From Podarcis pityusensis (Eukaryota): a stretch of 64,000 nucleotides of DNA. The stretch lies in NCBI GenBank assembly GCA_964106645.2, contig OZ067045.1; one strand, written 5' to 3'. A program made the translations under genes and the position numbers. Below the pieces are notes generated by a model. It was given only the letters and a program-made list of their open reading frames with translations. It ran no database searches and was not told the origin of the DNA. Positions 24,673 to 36,452 of the stretch are shown here, in pieces (the stretch's first letter is position 1; every line of letters starts with the position of its first letter).

Positions 24673-25052
24673 TACTGAGCAAAAAATAAAATTAAAATGC
24701 CTACAGAAATTTGTGTATTAGGAGAAATGTGCCCTAAAAGGCTGATGAATTTCCATACATACTTTTGAAAATTTGCAAAATTATGTGGGCATGTGGAGAA
24801 CTGAACATTAGATTGAGGAGCTGAGAGAACTAAAACTGAAAGAATCCTCCATCCCTAGAAGCAGGTGATGTGGAAAACCCCGGAGAGCCCTACTATTATG
24901 GGTTAGATGAACCAATGGTCTAACCTAGTATAAAGCAGCTATACATTTCGTTGGACAACAATTGTGTGTAATACCTGCATGTCTGAACTACGAGGATCAG
25001 ATATGTGAAAGAAGTTCCGATCTCCACCACACACACACACATACACACACAC

Positions 25053-26020
25053 GAACATAAGATGATCTTGCAGGATCAGGCCAATGGTCCACCTAGTCCA
25101 ACATCAGGTTCTCAGAGTGACCAAGCAGATGACAGAAGGAAGCCTGCAAGCAGGGCATGGGTGCAACAGCACTCTCCCTTCTTGCTGTTTCCAGCAGCTG
25201 GGATTCAGCAGCATCTGACAGTGTTGGCAGAGCATAGCCATTTGGCTAGTAGCTATTGACAGCCTTGCTCTCCATGATTCTGCACAATCCTCTTTTAAAG
25301 CCATCCAAGTTGGTGGCCATCTCTGCCTCTTATGGGGGCAAGTGATGCTCTGTGTGAGCATCTTTTACCTGTCCTGGATCTCTCAACATTCAGCCTCATC
25401 GGGTGTGTGCTATGAGTGCATTTTCTCTATCCACTTTCTCTGTGCTGTGCTCAGTTTAATATACCGTATTTTTTGCTCTATAAGATGCACCCGACCATAA
25501 GACATACCTAGTTTTAGAGGAGGAGAACAAGAAAAAAAATATTCTCCCCCTCTCTGCGCAGTGCCTCTTCAGCACTGAAGAGGTGCTGCGCAGAGAGGGA
25601 AAGCTGTGCAGCGCCTCTCCAGCGAAGCCAACTCAGAACAGCAAGAGGGATCGCTGTGCAGTGAAAGCAGTGGTCCCTCTTGCTGTTCTGGCTTCTGGGA
25701 TAGCTGTGCCCGTTGCCCTGAAGAGGCTTTGCATAGCTATCCCGGAAGCCAGAACAGCAAGAGGGAGCGCTGCTTTCACTGCGCACTGATCCCTCTTGCT
25801 CTCCTGGCTTCCGGGATAACCGCGCAGCCTGCATTCGCTCCATAAGACACACACACATTTACCCTTACTTTTTAGGAGGGGGAAAGTGCGTCTTATAGAG
25901 CAAAAAATACGGTACTTGCATCATGTAGTCTCTCACTTCCCTCTTCTCGAACCAAAATGTCCCAAGTCCTGCAACTTCTCTTCACTCCCTTGATAATTGT
26001 GGTTGCCCTTTTCTGAACCC
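25053..26020 (-). mobile_element. CR1 LINE 3' fragment split by a Tc2-type MITE
   Basis: Minus-strand peptide VQKRATTIIKG (CR1 ORF2 motif); 3' end CTTATGTTC. Confidence 0.82.
25464..25912. mobile_element. Tc1/mariner (Tc2/pogo-type) MITE
   Basis: 27-bp TIR CCGTATTTTTTGCTCTATAAGA(T/C)GCAC, 26/27 match; TA flanks. Confidence 0.93.
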
Positions 26021-27039
26021 CTCTATCGACACACTCTGTGTCAGAAGCATCTGCCGTAACCAGGTGTAGCACACATTTTTTCAGCCTAACCAACCTCGCA
26101 GGGTTGTTGTGAAGTTAAATGGAGATGGGGGTAGAACCATGTATACCACCTTGAGCTCCTTGGAAAGAAGCTGGGATAGAAATAACTAATTTGACAGGCG
26201 GCATGTCTTACCTAGGAAACTCTTATGGCCAGACTGGGAGTGCATCACAACTCCCAATGACTTAGCTGCACTAGGACTGAGGCACGCAGCCAAAAATATT
26301 TGCTAACAATTCTGAAGGCGGTGTTAGTGTGTGAAATGTTTGCATTGTGCATGCAAGGCTAGTGTGATTTCAAATTGTTTGTTGTTGCACATTTGGCACC
26401 GTATGCCGACGATGTGTTGATGGCTCGGTGTAATGTTGCAAGAGAGGAGAAGCTTTATATAAGAAGCTCTCTCGGGAAATGCTGGGAATGGACTCGCCTT
26501 CCTTAGGGAGGCTGTGTGATTGTAATCGCGCTCCAGATAAATTCTTTACAGTTGCTTGATCCAATTTAATGAAAACCTCACTGAACACCCATACATTAAA
26601 CATGAGCCATCAAGCCCTGCTTGTAACGCATCTCAAAAATATTTGCCATGAAAACAAAAGCAGACCAGAAATTTCAGGCACAGCCAAAGGGAAAAAAGAA
26701 AGAGAAAAAGTTGAGTTTCGGTGATTTGCAAGGAACATGCACTGGTGTTCATGTCTAAGGGTTTGCTTGCACAGACTCTATCCTGAAATAACCTCCTAAC
26801 TCTCCTTGTGTCTCAGTCTTAGAGGTAGGGAACCTTTTTCATCCCAAGGCCTGCATTTCCTTCTAGACCACCTCCCAAGAGCCACAAGTCTCTCGAGCAA
26901 ATAGGTGATGCTGGACATGACCATTGTGCAGAAAGGAGGTTCCCGGGGCATAGGCAAATGTTTAAACTGGGATAAGGGAGCTTTCCCATCAACTAAGCAT
27001 GACAGATAAATAGGAGGAGATTTGATGGGTGCTTTGAGA

Positions 27040-27074
<35 letters not shown>

Positions 27075-27164
27075 ACAGACAAGATCACGTGCAGCTTAGG
27101 AGATACTTAAAAGCCTGACAGGTGAGAGGTCCACTGTGTCCAGCAGTTAAGGGGTTAATGACCA

Positions 27165-27175
27165 ACACACACACA

Positions 27176-27228
<53 letters not shown>
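27165..27228. repeat. (CA)n(GA)n microsatellite; a (CT)n array lies at 27040-27073
   Basis: Direct inspection. Confidence 0.93.
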
Positions 27229-27231
<3 letters not shown>

Positions 27232-27918
27232 GAGCATACAGTCCAGTGCTGAAATTCGGCCCATTGCTGGTCTCTAATGAAAGCCAGATTGCTGTTCAAC
27301 AATCGTTCCACTGTTATGAGACACTCTTCCTGGGCTAACAGGCACATGGTCGCCTGTGTACTCATGAAAATGCACATGTACCCCATGTGCCCAGCTTAGA
27401 AGGGTTTTGAAACCCTGTTTTACATTCTGGTGATGGAGTGGAAGGTGAGGAGGGGGGTGGGGTCATGCCAGCAGACTGCAGCACTCCTAATTCCACATTC
27501 TCTAAACAAATGGCAGCAGGCATCTGTTAAATACTTTTCCCTCTGCTGGCTTAAAAATGCTTGGCATAGCCCTTTCAGAGCAAACAGGACTCACCGTCAC
27601 AAGTGCCAAATAATTATTTGGAATTCCTGCTAAATGCATGTTTCTTGCAACCAGCAGTGATGGTCAGGGTTTGGAAAAGTGGGAACAGGTCTTGTGGAAG
27701 CACCAACCTAGGTTCAGATTCAGGTTCTTCACTTCCTTGACTCTTCTGCCTAGCAACAACAGAGCTGTAACGCAACCTGTGTTGATGCTGTTGTGGATTT
27801 GGTAATGGAAGAAATTTAGAAGAGCCCTCCTGAGACAGAAGAAGTGTCCATCTAGCCCAGGTTCCTGCTCTGTCAGTAGACAATGAGATGACTCCAGGCA
27901 TGGATAAATGAGTCTATT

Positions 27919-28078
27919 CAGCAATAAAACTGCTGGCACATTTGCAAAGCTAAGCAGGATCCAGTATGGTTTAAAATTGGATGGGAGACCATGTGTTGAG
28001 ATTCCTGTATTGTAGGGGGCTTAACTAGACAACCCTTAGGGTCCCTTTCTTAGGGTCTACAATTCTATGATTCTATGA
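27919..28078 (+). mobile_element. SINE-like element: 5S rRNA-derived head + CR1-type 3' tail
   Basis: 27947-27990 matches the vertebrate 5S internal control region at about 35/44 by eye, followed by GAGATTCCTG...(ATTCTATG)2; possible TSD AGTCTATT/AGTCTGTT. Confidence 0.75.
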
Positions 28079-29096
28079 AGTCTGTTAGGAAGGACTTTAA
28101 TCCCTTTAACTCCATATTGCCGACTACACTGACTGGCAGCAACTCTCAGGGAGGAATCTTTCCTAGTCCTACCTGGAAATGCTGGTAGGAACTGAACCTG
28201 GGACCTTCTGCATGCAAAGCAGATGTTCTACCACCAATCCCATCCTGCCCAGTTTCTACATCCCTCTCCGGTTTTCGCGCATTTGAAAAAGCATTTCAAT
28301 ATCCAGAACCTATTTTCTGTCAAATGTAACTTGAGATGTTGCAACAGTTTTGTCTGTCCGGAATCGGTGAAAGGCTGAAATGTGAGCTTTAAGTTTTCAA
28401 TTTGAAGAAATCCCAGAGCATTCTTCTCCAATCTCCTTCCCTCTGGATGTTACTGGACTACATTTCCCATTGTTTTCTGAGGCTGTTGGGAACTGGAGTC
28501 CAACAAATCTGGAAGGCATCGAGTTGGAGAAGACTAGACGAATCCAACATCCTTTAGCACAGACGTTTCTACTACGTTATCCCTGAAACTGGAACTTTAG
28601 ATGTTACCCAGAATCCTGTGCTAGGAAGCACTAATGTGAGCCACATTATCTCTCCCCAAACTGTGTTTTGCTACCTATAATAGAGGCTCATTTCCATAAT
28701 GCATAGAATTTGGCTACTGAAAACACAGTAAATGGTTTTGTGAGTCAAGTCTGATGAATTCCAAATGTGCTAATGTACCATCTATTGTGTACAGTATGTC
28801 CTGGAAAGAATTTAGCCTGTTCCTACACAGTATGACTGTGTTGAGAATTTGTGAGTTCAAACATTTTTCAACTGACATACATTCCCACTCTCTCTCTCAC
28901 ACACACTCTCGTTGAAACAAAATACACACACAGCACGCTCCTCTGATCTGAAACAGTAGGTGGCATCCAACTGATTTCTACTTAGAGTAGACTGACCTGA
29001 GATGACTGGATCCAAGTTAGCCATGTTCATTACTTCTAATGGATCTACTCTGCTGAATACAACCCAGGCTGCCTCCCACAGAATCATCAAACATAT

Positions 29097-29285
29097 CTGG
29101 GGGTGCCAACTTGAATGAAATATTGGGGGGCAGGTAAGTCCCATCCTACATAATTGATCACAAGTCGTGGTGCAGGCACACTGTTTGAATGGCAATGCCC
29201 ACCAAATTTCGGGGGACTTGGCTACGTCAAATATTTTATTGGGGGAGGGGCAAAAGCACCTCATCCCCAAGGAGTTGGCTTTATG
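29097..29285 (+). mobile_element. hAT MITE (CAGGGGTGCCAAC...GTTGGCTCCTATG family), copy 1
   Basis: Homologous to 34428-34616, 36255-36452 and 37775-37965; TSD eroded. Confidence 0.75.
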
Positions 29286-29347
29286 TGCAATAAAACTGAC
29301 TGAGACTGAGACATTCCCCATAAACTCAGCCATTTACACAGACAAGC

Positions 29348-29698
29348 CAGACATGCACTCCGGTTTCTGATTCGATCCTGAAATGTCCCACTTTTCCTTA
29401 GGGCATCCATATTTTCATCAGAGAAATATTGGAGGCTGTGGTAGGACGTCCCTATTTTCATCAGAGAAATGTTGGAGGGTATGGAGTTATGTGACCCCCC
29501 CCCCCCAAGCCAAGGAGATAAGTAACTATGCAATCTTTAGAAGACATCTGAAGGCAGCCCTATATAGGGAAGTTTTAAAAAATGTTTAATGTTTCATTAT
29601 GTTTTTATGTATGTTGGAAGCCGCCCAGAGTGGCTGGGGCAACTCAGTCAATAATGGAATAGGACGACCCTATTTTCATTGGAGAAATGTTGGAAGGT
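29348..29698 (+). mobile_element. Composite CA...TG MITE with L2 cargo, copy B (internally deleted)
   Basis: CAGAC start, three copies of the right terminus, cargo peptide KEISNYAIFRRHLKAALY; flanks ACAAGC/ACAAGT. Confidence 0.8.
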
Positions 29699-31174
29699 AC
29701 AAGTTCCTGAGCCATAATATAAATATACTGGTCCTTTCCCTTTGGTCTTCTGCCATTTCCTCCTCCTCCTTCAATGAAAGGGTCACAGTTCAGTTCCTTA
29801 CACTCAGAAGCCCCCAGGTTCCATCCCTGATGTCTCCAAGTAGGTCTGGGTAAGATTCTGGCCCAAGACCAGTTGGAGCTACTGCCAGTCAGTGTAGGCA
29901 ATAATGAGCTAGATGGGCCAATTGAAGCATCCCATGTTCCCATGAACATCTTTCCCTGTCTTAGACCTCAGTTTCTTAACTTCATCAGCCACTGCATCCG
30001 CAAGCCAAACTGGAGACTGAGTCCACCAGATCTTAACACATCAGAGCAATGCCAGCCTGCTCCACCGCTGGACTGCCATTTCGCTTAATATATTACTGGC
30101 TGCCTTTACCCACAAAAGTGCCCCTGGCCGATTCTGTGAGTGGGTGGATCAAAGAATGGTGGTTAAAGCAGACATTTAAAAATAAGGCAAGATGGGCAGA
30201 GCTCCTCAATTAAATTCTGCAAAGGCAAACACAAAAGTTCGGAGGCATCTTATCAGCTGAGACCCTCCCATTGTCCCACAGCCAATAGAACCCGTAAGAT
30301 TTAGTGCACACTTATTACCCTGCGATCAGCACTTTGTGGCTTGGCAACCCGAAACCTTTTATTTATGGAAGAATAATGAAATTATATTTTAACCGCCTCA
30401 CATCAAAGTTCAGTGCTTCCGATAAGTTTCCACTACAGCTTCGCCCCAGGGCAATGCAATCCCTTTTATTAATACTTTGTCCTGGTTCATAGATGGATGA
30501 ATCACTACATGGATATCAATACAACCTTTAGCCACAGACTATTATCAAAATCAGCATCCATGGCGATTTTAGAAGGTTTCATTACACCTCCGTGGGCAAG
30601 CACACTGCAGAGATGCAAATCTTTCAGGCACTGATTACAATAATTTTGTAGCTGAGAGCCCAGAATACCACAGTCCCAATTTATTATATTTTATTTTAAC
30701 TGCCATCCTAACATGGAGGACAGAAACTTTGTTGGAAAATATCCACATTTACTATCACAATTTTTTTGGGGGGGATCTATTATTTTCAATAAGGCTCATT
30801 TAAATTAATAGACCAAATGTCACTGACTTCAGTGAGTAGGATTAGCATTCAGTGCTACACCTTTATCATATATGACAAACCTGTATGCAAAACTGTGCAT
30901 GCAATGAGAAATGTGCGTGAAAATGCTGGCAAGTTTTCATTAGGTCTTTTAAAAAAAGAATAGCGAACTGATGCAGAAATGGGGCAAACACGTGAAGAGG
31001 AGAAACAAAAAGTGTCAGATTTGTCCATCCTTAATGCAGACAGGCAGGCAGGCACACACCACATGTTCCAATCTTGTCTGTTCCCATGTCCACTTAGGTT
31101 CTCTAAGGACATCAGAGGAACCCAGCTAGACTTGAACCAAAGGTCCATCTATTCCATTTCCTAAGCCATATTCT

Positions 31175-31661
31175 AAATCATATTCACACTATGACTTTAA
31201 AGCAGTGTTTCCCCAAACTTGGGTCTCCAGCTCTTTTTGGACCACAACTCCCATCATCCTTAGCTAGCAGGACCAGTGGTCAGGGATGATGAGAACAGTA
31301 GTCCAAAAACAGTTGGAGACTTGTGTTTGGGAAACACTGTTTTAAAGCAATATGATGCCTCTTTAAGTCATAATCCCCTCCAAAAAAATACTAATTCTGG
31401 GGTCTGTAGTTTGTTAAGGGTGCTGAAAGTTGTTAAGAGAACCTCTATTTGCAGAGCTATAGTTTTCAGAGTTCCCCACGAAAAAGGATTGGTTGTTAAA
31501 CCACACTGGGAACTGCAGCACTGTGAGGGGACTGGGGGGGGGGGGTCTCCTAATAATTCTCAACCGTATTAACAAGCTACAGCTCCCAGAATTCTTTGGG
31601 GAAAGCCATGGCTACTCAAAGGGATATCATGGTGCCTTAAATGTGTGGTGTGAATGTAGCC
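31175..31661. mobile_element. Long palindromic (Harbinger-like) MITE with a nested hAT MITE
   Basis: ATTCACAC...GTGTGAATGTAGCC termini; inverted TGTAGTTTGTTAA/TTAACAAGCTACA arms. Confidence 0.65.
31203..31339. mobile_element. Palindromic hAT MITE (ACAACTCCCATCATC core)
   Basis: CAGTGTTTCCC...GGGAAACACTG; 8-bp TSD CTTTAAAG/TTTTAAAG; relatives at ~28430-28535, 31775-31900, 48350-48465. Confidence 0.88.
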
Positions 31662-32004
31662 ACAGTCTTCAGCTTGAGGCATCTGGGAAGCCCAGCATGA
31701 AGGCAGCAGTGCAGCCCCCTTGTTTGTCCCAAAATTATTCAGACGGGAAATGGACAGGTCCATCCATCCCCACCTGGGATGGAGAACCTGATGCCTGTCA
31801 GATGGACTTTGTGTGCAACTCCCATCATTCATGACCATTGGCCATGGCTCATGGGAGTTGCAGTCCAACAACATCATGAGGGCACCAGTTTGGGAAGGCT
31901 GAACAAGCAGACCCTCCAAGTGTCCCTATTTTCCAGGGACACCCCAAATTTACAGAAGCCGTCCCAGTTTTTGATTTGATCCTAGAAGGTCCCACTTTTC
32001 CTTA

Positions 32005-32237
32005 AAGGTAAAGGTAAAGGGACCCCTGACCATTAGGTCCAGTCTTGACCAACTCTGGGGTTGCGACGCTCATCTCGCTCTATAGGCCGAGGGAGCCGGC
32101 GTACAGCTTCTGGGTCATGTGGCCAGCATGACTAAGCTGCTTCTGGCGAACCAGAGCAGCGCACAGAAACGCCGTTTACCTTCCCGCTGGGACGGTACCT
32201 ATTTATCTACTTGCACTTTGACGTGCTTTCAAACTGC
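32005..32237 (-). mobile_element. Sauria SINE, 5'-truncated
   Basis: Matches the tail-side ~230 bp of 10206-10561; TSD CTTTTCCTTA. Confidence 0.93.
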
Positions 32238-32357
32238 TTTTCCTTAGGATGTCCCTATTTTCATTGGAGAAATGTTGGAGGGTATGGAGTTATGTGACCC
32301 CCAGAGCCAAGGAGACAAGTAACTATACAACCGTTAGAAGATACCTGAAGGCAGCCC

Positions 32358-32505
32358 TATAATAATAATGATAAATAATAAAATTTTATTTATATCCCGC
32401 CCTCCCCAGCCGAAGTCGGGCTCAGAGCGGCTAAGAACAATAAAATGATACAACATTCTAAAATCATTTCATTATAAAATCAATTCAAATCAGATTAATA
32501 AAACT
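32358..32505 (-). mobile_element. LINE (L2-like) 3' tail of another subfamily
   Basis: TTTATTTATATCCCGCCCTCCCCAGCC...GGGCTCAGAGCGGCT with AAT-rich tail; absent from the other composite copies. Confidence 0.6.
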
Positions 32506-32686
32506 ATATAGTTTTATTACGTTTTTATATGTGTTGGAAGCCGCCCAGAGTATGATGATGATGATGATCATTATTATGGAATAGGATGTCCCTATTTTCA
32601 TGGGAGAAATATTGGAAGGTATGAGCAAGGAGATCTACTGAAGACTGCCACCACCCTCAACTTCATAGGCCTAAGCCATGTTTATA

Positions 32687-32938
32687 CAGTGGTACCTCTA
32701 GATATGTACGGGATCCGTTCCGGAGCCCCATTCACATCTAGAGGTAAACGTAACTAGCGATGGCACGTCTGCGCACCCGTGCGTCGCTTTTCGCCACTTC
32801 TGCACACGCACGTGACATAATTTTGAGCGTATGCGCATGTGCAAGTGGTGAAACCCGGAAGTAACGCACTCCATGGAAGTGGAAGTAACGCACTTGAATG
32901 CGCTCAACTCGAAGCGTACTTAACCTGAAGTATGACTG
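32687..32938. mobile_element. pogo/Tigger-type MITE (different subfamily)
   Basis: TA-CAGTGGTACCTC...GAAGTATGACTG-TA; CpG-rich interior. Confidence 0.8.
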
Positions 32939-33999
32939 TAGCTCCTTTGCTACAAGATGCATTTCGAAAACAAGCAAGCAAGCAATACCCAGTATAGACC
33001 ATAACCTTGTTCTTACTGAGATGGTTACTCTGTGACCTGGTTGTGCTAATTTCTGGACTCAGGCTGGAGCTCATGTGATTCAACGGTCCTCCATAAAATA
33101 AACAAATCCCAGCACATAGAAAGCTAGGGTGAAAAGCCTTCTCCCTGACATAGTAGCCTTCTGTAGGCAGGGACTTTTTCTGTCATTCCTACAGGCCAGA
33201 CACAGCTTCACTATCTCATTGAGAGCTGAGCGCTTGAGGCAGCCACTCTTGGAAACGATGCTCTTCCGTGCTCTCCACCAGGTCTCAAGTTGCATTCTTC
33301 AACTCCTTCAAGGCCAACGCAACAAGGAACATTCCTTGCCTTTCTCCGTGTCATTATAAGATAATCTAATACAAAAAGGTCTCCTATTTTCATCTAGGCA
33401 TTAAACTATCTACAGACAGTGCAGTCAAGAGTGAAGGTTATTTATGTCATGCTTGTTAAAGAAGTACCCCTTTCAACACACGAGGAACACAGTTCAACTG
33501 GAGAGATAAGGAAACAGCCAGAAATGTCCCTTTTCTTTTTCCACGAATTATCTCTTCACTCCCTCTTAAGGTGGAGAGGCCAGGCAGAGCTAGCTAGCTT
33601 TGAAAGCTAGTGGAAATGGTTGTGCTCAGAATCAAATGGCTTTCATTCTGATGGTGATTCACAGAAATAAAAGTGGCTGTTCCAGAATGGGAAATAATAA
33701 TTTTTTAAAATGCATTTTTCAAGGTCAGATTGAAGACACCAGCCTTGTAAGAAGATGGAAGTCTCAAATGCAGCAGTATTTTTTATAAACAATAACAAGA
33801 AAAACCTATATGTCCCCCATCCCACCCCACTGTTTGTCATTTTCTGGATCACTGGGGGCAGATTACGCTGCAAGGCTCCACAGGACTTCCACAAAACACA
33901 CATGGAGGCAGGCAGTTCCAACACCGTATGGTATATTGAGGGCTACAGTACCAGGTAAGGTTACTGCAGCCCTTACCTCAGAGGTTTCCAACACATGGC

Positions 34000-34384
34000 C
34001 ATATCCTCCAACATTTCTCTAATGAAAATCGGGGTGTCTTCTTCTTCTTCTTCTTCTTCTTCTTCTTCTTCTTCTTCTTCTTCTTCTTCTTCTTCTTCTT
34101 CTTCTTCTTCTCCTGCCCACTCTGGGCAGCTTACAACTCATATAAAAACATAAAAAAATTAAACATAAAAAACGGCCTTCAGGTGTCTTCTTAAGGTTGC
34201 GTAGTTATTTATCTCCTTGGCTCGGGGGGGGGGGGTTGCATAACTCGATACCTTCCAAAATTTATCCTATCAAAATAGGGATGTCCTAAGGAAAAATGGG
34301 ACATTCCAAGATCAAATAAAAAAACAGGATGGCTTCTGGAAATCCAGGACTGTCCCTTGAAAATAGGGACACTTGGAGGGTCTG
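34000..34384 (-). mobile_element. Composite CA...TG MITE with L2 cargo, copy D
   Basis: CATATCCTCCAAC...TTGGAGGGTCTG; 6-bp flanks CATGGC/CATGGG; (TTC)n at 34037-34111. Confidence 0.88.
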
Positions 34385-34427
34385 CATGGGCAGCAGTCTG
34401 TCCACCAGAACCTCTGACAGGGCACAA

Positions 34428-34616
34428 CATAGAAGCCAACTCCTAGGGGGTGAGGGGTCTTTGCCCCCCCCCATAAAATATTTCAGGGGGCCGAGTCCGC
34501 CCCCCAAGTTGATTGGCATTGCCATTCAAATGGTGTGCATGCACTGTGTCATGTGACTATGTGGGGCAGGGCATACCTGCCCCCTCTCCAATATTTAATT
34601 CAAGTTGGCCCTCCTG
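34428..34616 (-). mobile_element. hAT MITE (CAGGGGTGCCAAC family), copy 2
   Basis: 8-bp TSD GGGCACAA/GGGCACAC. Confidence 0.85.
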
Positions 34617-35287
34617 GGGCACACAGAAGGCCTCCATAAATCTCCCTTCAAAAATCCATGGTGCATCATGGACTCTTTGCAGTTCCTGTTTGGACTCACT
34701 TGGTAATGTTGCTGGAGAGCTCTTAGCAATATGTCCTTGGGGTATGTCTATTGAAAATACGTGATCTCTCCAGGACTGGTGCTCAAAACACGAGCTAAGT
34801 CCCAGTAATCAATGTACTAAACTTCAGCCACTAGAACGAAGTTCCACCTTAACAGCCATGCCGAAGATCCCCGAAGCATCACTTTTTCTACATCTGTGGG
34901 TCTGAAGAAGCCCTTTTGCAGCTGCCCATGTCACTAGGCTGGGCCCACTCCTCATAACATCGCTAAGACAGCTAATAAGGCTCCCGATGAATGATTAGTA
35001 TGAATTTCTGCACTGCTAATTTCCGTAACTATCACTCTCTGAAAGACAGCTCAAGGGATTTTCGGGTGCGGGGTTTGCCTCTTGTCCCTGAAAACAGAGG
35101 GCTGCATTATTTGACAGAGCTCAAATCGGCGTGTCCGGTTTCAGTGGCCTAATGTGGGCTGCATTTTAAAATGATACAATATTTTGAAATGTGCAACTGC
35201 CTCGCTGATGCCTCCTGCTTCGTGACAGGCCCTCGGGGACTCTGCTTCCCGACTGAACGAGGCACCTGATGTGATGCCTCACTCTGG

Positions 35288-35680
35288 ACATAAGAAGAGC
35301 CCGGCTGGATCATAGAAATCATAGAACTGTAGAGTTGGAAGGGACCCTGAGGATCATCTAGTCCAACCCCCTGCAATGCAGAAATACACAGCTATCCCAA
35401 ACAGGGATCAAACTTGCAACCTTGGCATTATCAGCACCACGCTCTAACCAACTGAGCTGATAGTCCATAGGCCCATTGTAGTTCAGCATTTTGCTCTTAC
35501 ATTAGCCAGCCAGACACCCCTGGGCAACAGCATCTCTCCCCCCTTGTGATTCTCAGTGACTTGTCATCAGAAGAATGATGCCTCTGAAAGTGGACGGAGA
35601 ACGCAGCCATTGTGGTTACTGGCCACTGAAAACCTTCTCCTCCATTAACATCTTGAGTCCCCTTTTAAAGCCATTGAATA
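35288..35680 (-). mobile_element. Degraded CR1 3' fragment interrupted by a SINE
   Basis: ACATAAGAAGAGCC start; collinear with 25053-25310. Confidence 0.6.
35309..35458 (-). mobile_element. SINE: tRNA-Ile-like head + CR1-type 3' tail
   Basis: Minus strand AGCTCAGTTGGTTAGAGCGTGGTGCTGATAATGCCAAGGTTGCAAGTTTGATCCC followed by CTGCATTGCAGGGGGTTGGACTAGATGA...TTCTATGA. Confidence 0.82.
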
Positions 35681-35809
35681 AGATTTCAGCGATTAAGAGC
35701 AGAAGTCCAACATTCTGCTCTTACACTGGCCAACCAGAGGTCCGGCTCCAGAGTTGCCATATTAAGGACGAATCTACCAGATGCACAGTCCCTGAAACAT
35801 GTAAACTGA

Positions 35810-35857
<48 letters not shown>

Positions 35858-36146
35858 TCATTTATTATTTATACCCCGCCCATCTGTCTGGGTTTCCCCA
35901 GCCACTCTGGGCAGCTTCCAGCAAAATATTAAAATACAATAATTAATCAAATATTAAAAGCTTCCCCAAACAGTGCTGCCTTCAGATGTCTTCTAAAAGT
36001 CCGATAGTTGTTTTTCTCTTTGACATCTGATGGGAGGGCGTTCCACAGGGTGGGCACCACTACTGAGAAGGCCCTCTGCCTGTTTCCCTGTAACTTCACT
36101 TCTCGCAATGAAGGAACCGCCATAAGGCCCTTGGCGCTGGACCTCA
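35810..36146 (-). mobile_element. Young L2-clade LINE 3' end
   Basis: Open ORF2 C-terminus RQRAFSVVVPTLWNALPSDVKEKNNYRTFRRHLKAALF, 3' UTR and (ATT)n tail. Confidence 0.9.
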
Positions 36147-36254
36147 CACCCATCCTTGAAAATTCACATTTCTCAATCTTGCAATGCAGTTCTGCAATCA
36201 AGCATGTTCAAAATACAAAGACTCATAGAACTGTAGATTGGAAGGGATCCCATG

Positions 36255-36452
36255 CATAGCAACCCACCCCTAGGGGACAAGGGAGTCTCTCCCCCCCCCC
36301 CAATAAAATATTTGAAGGGGCCAGGGGGCTCCAAAGTTGATGGGAACTGCCATTCAAATGGGGTGTGGGTGTGTGCCGTGTCATGTGATCCATTATATGG
36401 GGCAGGGTTTATCTGCTCCCCCCCAAATATTTTATTCAAGATGGCACCCCTG
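36255..36452 (-). mobile_element. hAT MITE (CAGGGGTGCCAAC family), copy 3, inside a CR1-type tail
   Basis: TSD ATCCCATG/ATTCCAAG (6/8). Confidence 0.8.

Larger units (their letters stand above)
23010..24857 (+). mobile_element. TAGGGATG...CATCCCTA family element split by three insertions
   Basis: TAAGGATG start, CATCCCTA end; pieces collinear with 3235-3716. Confidence 0.7.
31908..32623 (+). mobile_element. Composite CA...TG MITE with L2 cargo, copy C (nested Sauria SINE and L2 tail)
   Basis: CAGACCCTCCAA...TTGGAAGGTATG; 6-bp flanks AACAAG/AGCAAG. Confidence 0.88.

Noticed and set aside
27947-27990. 5S rRNA gene
   Set aside because: Only a diverged ~44-bp internal fragment fused to a LINE tail.
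35395-35458. tRNA-Ile gene
   Set aside because: Mutated T-loop and acceptor stem, fused to a CR1-type tail; a SINE head.
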